Shown here: positions 56,920 to 64,000 of the stretch, in pieces
How positions within the stretch are numbered: the first letter of the stretch is position 1
Layout of the letters: every line of letters begins with the position of its first letter
Source: Dehalococcoidia bacterium
Lineage (GTDB): Bacteria; Chloroflexota; Dehalococcoidia; GIF9; UBA5629
Length of the DNA: 64,000 bases
Reading direction: 5' to 3'
NCBI GenBank assembly: GCA_050011565.1
Contig: JBEKIW010000003.1
Coordinates: 96,001-160,000, forward strand
Position numbers and translations under genes: made by a program
Notes under the pieces: generated by a model
What the model saw: only the letters and a program-made list of their open reading frames with translations
The model's database searches: none
What the model was told of the DNA's origin: nothing

Positions 56920-58635
56920 TTATGAAGAACCGGGGCTTGACCCCCAGTCACCTTCTTCGCGATAGACATACTTTCCGCCCCTGAGCCAGGAGGCACCTGC
57001 CGCAATGAGACACATCACTATGGAGAAGATTAAAACTTCGACCAGCCCATGATCGAACGCACCGGATATTAGCTGAGGGAAGAATGTCCTAGAGGTAATG
57101 GTGGCTGCCTGAGCTGGCGGCAAGGCATGAAGCACCTGCGGGGGAATCAGTGTGCCGAGAGGATTGTAGCCCAGGAACGCGGCGAATAAATAGGTTATGG
57201 CCGGCACATCAGCTAGCCGCTGCGCAATCGGCGCCGGCATGCCCTGCTGCGTCAGCCCGCCGTACATAGCGGACGGCACCAAGGCGTTCATACCCAATAT
57301 CATGAAAGAGAAGAAGATGGTTATCGATAAGGGCATTCCGGCATTAATCAGCGTGGCTCGCATGCCGGAACTCACACCACGATGCCGTGCTGGTACGCTG
57401 TTCATAATAGCCGCTGTATTGGGCGCGGTAAACATGCCCATAGCCACACCGTTAAGCAGAATTAATACAGCGAAGGCAGGATAGGAGAAATTTACCGGCA
57501 GGACTATCATCAGCCCGAAGCTGATGGCAGCCAGCAGCATGCCGCCGGTGGCAAAATAGCGCGCACCGTATCTATCGGAAAGGCGACCGAAAAGAGGTCC
57601 GGCTACGAGAAACCCGATGCTCATGGGTACCATGTAAATTCCGGCCCACAGAGGTGTTACCTCGAAGTCGTAGCCGCGCATAGGCAGCCAGATACCCTGC
57701 AGCCAGATTACCAGCATAAACATCAGCCCGCCTCGCGCCACCGAAGCCAGGAACCCGGCGACATTGCCGGCAGCGAAAGCCCGGATGCGGAATAAGTTAA
57801 GCCGGAACATCGGCACCCGCACCCGTCGTTCAATAAAAATAAAAGCAACTAAGAGAACAATTCCTCCTATAAGCATGCCTAAAACAAAGGGTGTGGTCCA
57901 GCTCATCAAAGAAGCACCGCTCGGATTGATACCGTAGGTAATGCCGGTCAATAACATGCTGAGACCGGCGGCAAAGGTGATGTTGCCCAACCAGTCAATC
58001 GGCTCGCGTTTCCTGATACCGATTTCCTTAAGCGACAGGTAAGCCCAAACGGTTCCTATAATACCTATGGGCACATTGAACAGAAAGACCCAACGCCATC
58101 CTATTTCCGCCAGCAATCCACCGACCAGTATGCCCAGTAAACTACCGGCGATGCCGGCCACCTGGTTTAGTCCTAGAGCCATACCGCGCTGCTCCACCGG
58201 AAAAGCGTCGGTGAGTATGGCTGCCGAATTAGCGAACAGGAACGCGCTGCCGATTCCCTGGACCACGCGAAAGATAATCAACTCCACAGCTCCGGCAGGC
58301 CCGGTGCTCCAAGTGACGGCACATAGAAGTGAACCAATAGTGAAGATGGCGAACCCGAGGTTATACATTCGGGTCCGGCCAAAAAGGTCGCCCAGCCGGC
58401 CGAAGGTGACCACGAGAACTGCCAGTACCAGCATATAACCTACTAGCAGCCAGAGCAAGTAGGTGAAGCTGTTAGGGGCCAGTGGGTTAATGCCGATGCC
58501 CCTAAAGATGACCGGAAGCGCCAGGATTAAGCTGGATGAATTGAGGAAAGCCAGCAGTACAGCTAATGTCGTATTCGACAGGGCAATCCACTTATAAGTA
58601 CTGCTAACCGGTGATTGGGTCGAGTCTATTTCCAT
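56920..58635 (-). CDS. MFS transporter, DHA2 (EmrB/QacA)-like
   Basis: GRLGDLFGR, FRVVQGIG, WRWVFLFNVPIG, about 14 TM helices. Confidence 0.92.
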   Translation of the reverse strand: MEIDSTQSPVSSTYKWIALSNTTLAVLLAFLNSSSLILALPVIFRGIGINPLAPNSFTYLLWLLVGYMLVLAVLVVTFGRLGDLFGRTRMYNLGFAIFTIGSLLCAVTWSTGPAGAVELIIFRVVQGIGSAFLFANSAAILTDAFPVEQRGMALGLNQVAGIAGSLLGILVGGLLAEIGWRWVFLFNVPIGIIGTVWAYLSLKEIGIRKREPIDWLGNITFAAGLSMLLTGITYGINPSGASLMSWTTPFVLGMLIGGIVLLVAFIFIERRVRVPMFRLNLFRIRAFAAGNVAGFLASVARGGLMFMLVIWLQGIWLPMRGYDFEVTPLWAGIYMVPMSIGFLVAGPLFGRLSDRYGARYFATGGMLLAAISFGLMIVLPVNFSYPAFAVLILLNGVAMGMFTAPNTAAIMNSVPARHRGVSSGMRATLINAGMPLSITIFFSFMILGMNALVPSAMYGGLTQQGMPAPIAQRLADVPAITYLFAAFLGYNPLGTLIPPQVLHALPPAQAATITSRTFFPQLISGAFDHGLVEVLIFSIVMCLIAAGASWLRGGKYVYREEGDWGSSPGSS

Positions 58636-58830
58636 TTGAAAAGAAGAAACTACTTGCCTTTCTATAGGGTCAAGCCAAACGGAATATTATCATCTATTTC
58701 ACTTGCCCTGTCAACAAACTTTTGTGGGTTGCTCAGTGTAGAAAGAAATGGCTCAGTCTGGGCAGTATTTAGTTGTTGTTATGTTTTTAATGACAACGAG
58801 TTCTCGTTTAGAGAATTATTTACTGGTTAT

Positions 58831-59028
58831 TTAACCAAGCTGGTTTCTGAACCAGGCGGCTATTACCGATAATATAATGCTGAATGAGCCGAAACCAAAA
58901 GCAGCAGTCATCCTGGACCCGCTCGATAACATGGCTAACCCGACGAATCCCATAACCAGTCCCAGGCAGCCCACCACGAAGAGTATCCACACAGATATGG
59001 TCACCAGCGCTAACAACATTTTCGGCAT
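58831..59028 (-). CDS. Small two-TM membrane protein
   Basis: AAGGAGG RBS, two hydrophobic helices. Confidence 0.7.
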   Translation of the reverse strand: MPKMLLALVTISVWILFVVGCLGLVMGFVGLAMLSSGSRMTAAFGFGSFSIILSVIAAWFRNQLG

Positions 59029-59221
59029 TGATTTTCTACCTCCTTTTTCTAACAGCGAATTAGCTTGGAAAAATTAACCTGACTGAGCTATTTCCACCAA
59101 CGGACAGTGCGTGTATTTACACTATATTACTCTCCATTAGTAACCTTAGCAATATCTCTAGTACACGACTTCTTCACTTCAATGCCGGCATATCAATGAA
59201 TAAAATGGACAAATGTTTCAA

Positions 59222-59680
59222 TTAATATACCTGACAATCTATTTCCTTAAGTGATTGAGGAGGGACCGGTTCATCCTCTCTTGTTGATGGCAAAACAATT
59301 TCCTCCTTTAATTGTTTTCGCAAATTTATTGCTTCGCTCCAATCCAATTTAGCTATTTCACCAATATATTCCTGAATTCGCTGATCACCGGAAAGAGCGT
59401 AGGTGGTAAGGCCATTACTATCGTGCTGGCCTATAAGAATGCCTTTTTCGACCAAGGCTGTCATTGCATCCCTCAAGTTAATCCTTGCAGTATTCAACGC
59501 CCTGGCGACGGTGTAAAGACTCAATTTTGACTTGGGATGTCTTCCCCAGAAGCAGAGTAGCCTGAATTGTATACCACTGCAACCGATGTCTTTGAGAAAT
59601 AATAGTAGATCGTAATTCACTATCCGATTTATTTTGTAGTCAGTTACCATGTCTGTTTTCTCCTTTTTCACAACTTTCAT
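59222..59680 (-). CDS. Hypothetical protein, probable winged-helix fold
   Basis: LSLYTVARAL...LRDAMTALVEKGIL...TTYAL pattern; alternative start ATG 59650 has GGAG RBS. Confidence 0.65.
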   Translation of the reverse strand: MKVVKKEKTDMVTDYKINRIVNYDLLLFLKDIGCSGIQFRLLCFWGRHPKSKLSLYTVARALNTARINLRDAMTALVEKGILIGQHDSNGLTTYALSGDQRIQEYIGEIAKLDWSEAINLRKQLKEEIVLPSTREDEPVPPQSLKEIDCQVY

Positions 59681-59709
59681 CTATACTTCGTCAACCCACT
59701 GATACGTCA

Positions 59710-59741
59710 ATGGTAACAAGCAAATATTAATTTCTCGTTAA
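59710..59741 (-). promoter_or_regulatory. Putative OmpR-type direct-repeat site + -10
   Basis: TTAACG-agaaa-TTAATA-9nt-TACCAT. Confidence 0.6.
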
Positions 59742-59880
59742 GATTTTAAGCTGGAACTATACACTCTCGCTTACAATCAGCTGCCATATTTATCGCGGCT
59801 GCTAAGTATCAGCGTAAGTCTCATGGTGCGATAGATTACTACTCAGGCAACCTAGTCTTAAGAGACACATCACATAAAAA

Positions 59881-59912
59881 TTAACAGTTTTTTAACATTT
59901 GATGGTTATAAT
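59881..59912 (+). promoter_or_regulatory. Putative OmpR-type direct-repeat site + -10
   Basis: TTAACA-gtttt-TTAACA-9nt-TATAAT. Confidence 0.7.
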
Positions 59913-59992
59913 TAAAGCATGATGATTCCACTCTTGACTGTATATCATTTGAACAAAGTTATGAGCGTATCCGTAAAAAGAGGATAACTCTT

Positions 59993-60376
59993 ATGCGGCA
60001 GATATATTTCTGTCCTAATTGTAGGGCACCAATCGGTTACAGTGATAGGTTTTGCGGTAACTGCGGTATTAACTTGAAGTGGGAGATACGACAAGTCTCA
60101 CCTCACTCAATACCTTTATGGTACGATTGTCAGAATCCCGGCCAACAACAAACGTCGAGTAGTCAGCAGCCACAGTGTAATCAGCCACCCTATAATCAGG
60201 CATTGGTATCGGGATATGCGAATCAAAACCAGCAGCAATATGTGCATGGTAATCGTGCCACTACCTCGTCAGGTAAGCGCTCACCGGTTGATGGCACCGC
60301 AAAACCAATAAGTTCTGAGATTTCCAAGCTGCTGGCAGACTTCTTCAACAAGCAGGCTAAATGCAGCTTAAGATAA
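59993..60376 (+). CDS. Zinc-ribbon protein with Gln-rich region
   Basis: CPNC...FCGNCG; AGAGGA RBS. Confidence 0.7.
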   Translation: MRQIYFCPNCRAPIGYSDRFCGNCGINLKWEIRQVSPHSIPLWYDCQNPGQQQTSSSQQPQCNQPPYNQALVSGYANQNQQQYVHGNRATTSSGKRSPVDGTAKPISSEISKLLADFFNKQAKCSLR

Positions 60377-60396
60377 GTGCCCGATACCAAAAAATC

Positions 60397-60428
60397 TTAA
60401 TCAGATTTTAATATTAGGTTGCTATGCT
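60397..60428 (+). promoter_or_regulatory. Putative OmpR-type direct-repeat site + -10
   Basis: TTAATC-agatt-TTAATA-9nt-TATGCT. Confidence 0.65.
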
Positions 60429-60463
60429 TAAATCATCTACATAAGAAAGGAGGTGACACAGAA

Positions 60464-60892
60464 ATGCGGCTGAACAAAAAATTGATTATTATTGCGGTAT
60501 CAGTGGCTGTGCTGCTAATCGGGAGCATCGCCGGGGTTGTACTGGCTGCAGGCAACGACAACAGCAATCAGTCTAATGCTCAAGGCGAGGACCTGTTGGC
60601 AAAGGTCTGCACCATATACCAGCAGAACACGGGCAACGCTATTGATGAAACAGCGCTCAAAAACGCTTTCACTCAGGCTGAAAATGAGGCGCAGTTGGCG
60701 CGGGAGCAAACCCGCCTTAATGACCAGGTAACGCAGGGCAAGATAACCCAGGATCAGGCTGACCAGTATCTAAAGTGGTGGCAGTCGAGGCCCAATTTAC
60801 CGGGTGGATTTGGCTTTGGTGGACCTGGTGGTTTCCCCGGTCGGGGTGCACCGTGCGTCCCACCTGCAACAGCTCCTAGCACGACACAATAG
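60464..60892 (+). CDS. Secreted protein with a single GKITQDQAD...WWQSRP motif (paralog of 56042-56809)
   Basis: AAAGGAGGTG RBS before ATG 60464, signal peptide ending VLA. Confidence 0.85.
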   Translation: MRLNKKLIIIAVSVAVLLIGSIAGVVLAAGNDNSNQSNAQGEDLLAKVCTIYQQNTGNAIDETALKNAFTQAENEAQLAREQTRLNDQVTQGKITQDQADQYLKWWQSRPNLPGGFGFGGPGGFPGRGAPCVPPATAPSTTQ

Positions 60893-60919
60893 CTGACCAA
60901 ACCTAGGACTTCTGCCTAT

Positions 60920-60955
60920 ATTAGAGAGGGAGAGAAATATTCTCTCCCTCTCTAA
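60920..60955 (+). terminator. Hairpin/terminator after 60892
   Basis: ATTAGAGAGGGGAGAG-AAATATT-CTCTCCCTCTCTAAT. Confidence 0.55.
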
Positions 60956-60983
60956 TTATTGTATATAGGGCTTAAAAATAAAC

Positions 60984-61015
60984 TTAACAATTTTTTAACA
61001 TTTGTGTTATAACAT
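60984..61015 (+). promoter_or_regulatory. Putative autoregulatory OmpR-type site + -10
   Basis: TTAACA-atttt-TTAACA-9nt-TAACAT directly upstream of the response regulator. Confidence 0.7.
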
Positions 61016-61045
61016 TAACAGCGTTGAATAATCAAGAGAGCAAAT

Positions 61046-61741
61046 ATGGCCAGTAAAAGGGTTTTGGTAGTTGATGACGATGTGAAGACAGTAGAACTGG
61101 TCAAACTTTACCTGAGCCGGGATGGCTACAGCGTTATGACTGCCTACGATGGTACTGAGGCTCTGCGCCTGTCTCGTCAAAGTCACCCCGACCTTATCGT
61201 CCTGGACTTAATGCTGCCAGGGACGGATGGCCTTGAGGTCTGCCGTAGTATTAGAAGTGAATCCGATGTACCAATAATTATGCTTACTGCCAGAACTACG
61301 GACGAAGATAAGCTAACCGGTCTGAATTTAGGGGCTGATGATTATGTGTCCAAGCCCTTTAGCCCGAGGGAGCTGGCAGCCAGAGTCCGGACAGTTCTCA
61401 GGCGCTTGCCTGGTGAACGTGGCCCTGCAGAGATTAAGCGGGGCGAACTTGTCCTGAATTTTCTCAAGCAGGAAGTATCTTTTGCTGGCAAGCCTCTAAA
61501 TCTTACGCCGGTTGAATTCAAGTTGCTGGGAGTTCTCGTTAGAGAAGCTGGAAGAGTTTTCAGCCGGGCAGAACTTGTTGAAAAAGCCCTGGGCTACGAC
61601 TACAGGGGCTTTGACCGTACCATTGATGTGCATATTCTGAACCTGCGTCGGAAACTGGAGCCCGACCCCGTACACCCTAAGTACATAAAGACAGCATACG
61701 GCGCTGGTTACAGGTTCTCAGAGGTCCAAGGTGATACATAG
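61046..61741 (+). CDS. OmpR-family response regulator
   Basis: [43 protein letters not shown]. Confidence 0.95.
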   Translation: MASKRVLVVDDDVKTVELVKLYLSRDGYSVMTAYDGTEALRLSRQSHPDLIVLDLMLPGTDGLEVCRSIRSESDVPIIMLTARTTDEDKLTGLNLGADDYVSKPFSPRELAARVRTVLRRLPGERGPAEIKRGELVLNFLKQEVSFAGKPLNLTPVEFKLLGVLVREAGRVFSRAELVEKALGYDYRGFDRTIDVHILNLRRKLEPDPVHPKYIKTAYGAGYRFSEVQGDT

Positions 61742-63113
61742 TTTACGATTTCGCCTCCTGATGGCTTTCGCCCTCGTAATACTGGTCGCAGTCGGAGCCA
61801 TATATTTATTTGTCAGCCATGCCAGCGTGGTTGAAATCGGGCGGTTTGGCGAAAGAAGCGAACAAGCACGCTTTGGAAGATTAGCCTTCGAGCTAAATCG
61901 GTATTACCACGACCATGGGGACTGGGAGGGCATTCAACCCTATGTGGAACAGTGGGGCAGTCTCTACGGACGACGGATTATACTTACGGACTCCAGTGGG
62001 CTAGTAGTAGCAGATTCCCAAAAAGAATTGTTGGGGCAGCAATACTTTCCTGATACACCAGGTATGCGCTTCCCGCCACCGCCAGAAGGAGGTCCCGGTA
62101 CACCAGGCATGAACTCCCCGTCACCGCCGGAAGGAGACAGCGTGGGAACTTTATACATGAGCCCCGAACCATCAGCGGTTTTCCCTTCACCACTGAGTCT
62201 TTCCCAGGCAGTGAGTCATTACCTTCTCTGGGGTGCACTGCTGGCGGCTGCCGTTGCTTTCTTAATAACCTATTTTCTGTCCCGGCGAATTTCAGCACCG
62301 GTCAAGGCTCTTACCGTTGCTGCCAGACAGATGGGCCAGGGAGACCTGTCTCAGAGGGTACTGTCTAAGGACAAAGGTGAGCTAGGCGAGCTGGCTCAAG
62401 CCTTTAACACCATGGCGGAAAATCTGGAGCGAGGTGAGTTCCTTCGCCGCAATATGATAGCTGATATTGCCCACGAGTTGAGAACGCCACTATCCAATCT
62501 CAAAGGTTATCTGGAAGCAATGACCGATGGTGTTATAAAGCCAGGTTCAGGCACAATCCGCTCCCTTGACGAAGAAGCAAACCTCTTATCGCGAATGGTT
62601 GACGACCTGCAAGAGTTGAGCCTGGCTGAAGCCGGCGAGCTCAAGCTGGATTGTCAGATACAAGATATCACCAAGTTATTAAAACAGACGGTAGCTGTGA
62701 GGCAGACTCAGGCGGCGGCAAAAGGAGTATCATTATCCGCTGACCTGCCTAGAAAACTGCCACGGGTGAAAATTGACACCCATCGTATTAACCAGGTCTT
62801 GCTCAATCTTATAGATAACGCCATAACTCACACACCAAAAGGCGGTATCATAACCATAACCGCGAGGAAGCTTGATCAATGGCTGGAGATCAGCGTGGAA
62901 GATACCGGAGAGGGCATTTCTGCTAAGGACTTGCCGAATGTCTTTGAGCGTTTCTACAGGGTGGATAAATCGCGAGCCAGGGCAACCGGAGGTGCGGGCC
63001 TGGGGCTTGCTATTGCCAAAAGCCTGCTAGAGGCACATGGAGGCAAGATTGAAGTACGGAGCGAAGAAGGTAAAGGTAGCCGCTTCTCCTTCACGCTACC
63101 CGTCGCACCGTAG
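61731..63113 (+). CDS. HAMP-domain sensor histidine kinase (BaeS-like)
   Basis: [35 protein letters not shown]. Confidence 0.95.
   Translation: MIHSLRFRLLMAFALVILVAVGAIYLFVSHASVVEIGRFGERSEQARFGRLAFELNRYYHDHGDWEGIQPYVEQWGSLYGRRIILTDSSGLVVADSQKELLGQQYFPDTPGMRFPPPPEGGPGTPGMNSPSPPEGDSVGTLYMSPEPSAVFPSPLSLSQAVSHYLLWGALLAAAVAFLITYFLSRRISAPVKALTVAARQMGQGDLSQRVLSKDKGELGELAQAFNTMAENLERGEFLRRNMIADIAHELRTPLSNLKGYLEAMTDGVIKPGSGTIRSLDEEANLLSRMVDDLQELSLAEAGELKLDCQIQDITKLLKQTVAVRQTQAAAKGVSLSADLPRKLPRVKIDTHRINQVLLNLIDNAITHTPKGGIITITARKLDQWLEISVEDTGEGISAKDLPNVFERFYRVDKSRARATGGAGLGLAIAKSLLEAHGGKIEVRSEEGKGSRFSFTLPVAP
62051..62140 (+). repeat. Intragenic 45-bp tandem duplication in the sensor domain
   Basis: [15 protein letters not shown] / [15 protein letters not shown]. 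Confidence 0.75.
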
Positions 63114-63302
63114 ACAGCCACTTATATAATTTTTGCTCCTGCCGAATCAACTGGCCTGGGGCATCGCCATCGACATCATACTCGTCACCCATACCCTCTT
63201 CCTGATTTTTAAGACTGGTTTGCACCTAAGCTTGTCCTCCTTCCAGAGGCAAGGAAAAGCTTAAAAAATCATAACATTTGCCAAAATTAAACCAAAAGGG
63301 TA

Positions 63303-63331
63303 TTGACAAGGTCTATTTGGTATGTTATCAT
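63303..63331 (+). promoter_or_regulatory. sigma70-type promoter
   Basis: TTGACA-17nt-TATCAT. Confidence 0.7.
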
Positions 63332-63382
63332 ATGGTATACGGCAACCGCTTGCCGCTTACCACATAATTAAAGAAGGAAGAA

Positions 63383-63835
63383 ATGATGAAGAGAGTCTAT
63401 GTGCAAGAGGAAATCTGCATGGGCTGCGGCCTCTGCCGGGTTTACTGCCAGACAGAGCATTCCAGAACTAAAGATATAATCAAAGCCTTTAAGAAAGAGA
63501 GCCCGCGTTCGGTGCCCCGTATTCGCGTAGAAAGAAAAGGTGAAATTTCCTTCTCCCTTCAGTGCCGGCATTGCGACGAGCCGTGGTGCGTTTACTCCTG
63601 TCTAACAGGGGCGATGCAAAAGGACCCGACAACAGGTATAGTTACCGTCGATACCCAAAAGTGTATGGGCTGTTGGACATGTATACTAGCTTGCCCTAGC
63701 GGAGCATTGACCAGAGACAATGGTGAAAAAGTTGTCGCCAAGTGTGACCTGTGCCCCGGACGTGATGTGCCGGCTTGCGTGGCTAACTGCCCGAATGAAG
63801 CACTGGTATTTATAGAAGATGGTGTAGGTAAATAA
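63383..63835 (+). CDS. 4Fe-4S dicluster (CooF/HydN-like) protein
   Basis: CMGCGLC..C, CRHCDEPWC...C, CMGCWTC..ACP, KCDLC....PACV.NCP. Confidence 0.9.
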   Translation: MMKRVYVQEEICMGCGLCRVYCQTEHSRTKDIIKAFKKESPRSVPRIRVERKGEISFSLQCRHCDEPWCVYSCLTGAMQKDPTTGIVTVDTQKCMGCWTCILACPSGALTRDNGEKVVAKCDLCPGRDVPACVANCPNEALVFIEDGVGK

Positions 63836-63852
63836 CTTGCAGGGATAAAGAG

Positions 63853-64000
63853 TTGAAAAAAAAGATTGCTATAGTTGACTATGGTGCCGGCAACCTGGGC
63901 AGCGTGGCTAATGCCATTGTCAAACTCGGTTATGAGCCAAATGTTACCGGCAAGCCGTCGGAAGTGCTCAGCGCTGCAGCAGTTATACTGCCCGGCGTCG
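63853..64000 (+). CDS. hisH: Imidazole glycerol phosphate synthase glutamine amidotransferase, N-terminal part (runs off the right edge)
   Basis: TTG start; MKKKIAIVDYGAGNLGSVANA...VILPGV translated by hand. Confidence 0.9.
   Translation, partial: MKKKIAIVDYGAGNLGSVANAIVKLGYEPNVTGKPSEVLSAAAVILPGV

Noticed and set aside
59070-59100. tRNA-like TAGCTCAGTCAGGT on the minus strand
   Set aside because: No anticodon arm, TTCGA T-loop or acceptor stem.
63091-63192. Short minus-strand ORF MGDEYDVDGDAPGQ... with a purine-rich RBS
   Set aside because: Only a faint resemblance to an FAD-oxidoreductase N-terminus, and it overlaps the kinase 3' end; insufficient support.
63261-63280. Sixth copy of the OmpR-type motif (TTAAAA-aatc-ATAACA)
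   Set aside because: Wrong spacing and no -10 at 9 nt; the gene has a canonical TTGACA/TATCAT promoter.

Overview
A 64 kb chromosomal segment, most likely from an anaerobic Dehalococcoidia (Chloroflexota). The taxonomy is inferred from gene content (GuaB3, archaeal-type Asd, IorAB, large Alu-domain SRP RNA, zinc-ribbon and FN3 membrane proteins), not from a search. It holds a ccdA-thioredoxin-like gene cluster, three nitronate-monooxygenase/FabK-like paralogs, housekeeping genes (CCA enzyme, ispE, rsmA, ffs, thiL, tsaE, tsaB, ndk, rsfS, ftsH, metG, rsmI, asd, partial hisH), an acyl-CoA ligase/Liv-type ABC operon, aroF, an iorAB-aminotransferase-paaI operon, a MacB-type exporter with two giant adaptors and an OmpR/BaeS-type two-component system. 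The most notable signals are absent from the ORF track. (1) Two homologous leader-peptide attenuators: a Phe-only one (FFFFFF) before the CoA-ligase/ABC operon and a Tyr/Trp/Phe one before DAHP synthase; with IorAB and the aminotransferase they suggest an aryl-acid salvage route to phenylalanine. (2) A dispersed family of 7-nt-periodic imperfect palindromes, one copy enclosing a four-helix-bundle (Avd-like) gene and two near-identical arms bracketing the 7 kb transporter operon in inverted orientation. (3) A five-site TTAAYN-N5-TTAAYA-N9-(-10) motif defining a probable local regulon. (4) An approximately 110-aa in-frame insertion in the CoA ligase, an aroF remnant, a Cys-less redoxin domain and a 24-aa CxxC/Lys-rich small ORF. 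No tRNA, rRNA, CRISPR array or transposase was recognised.
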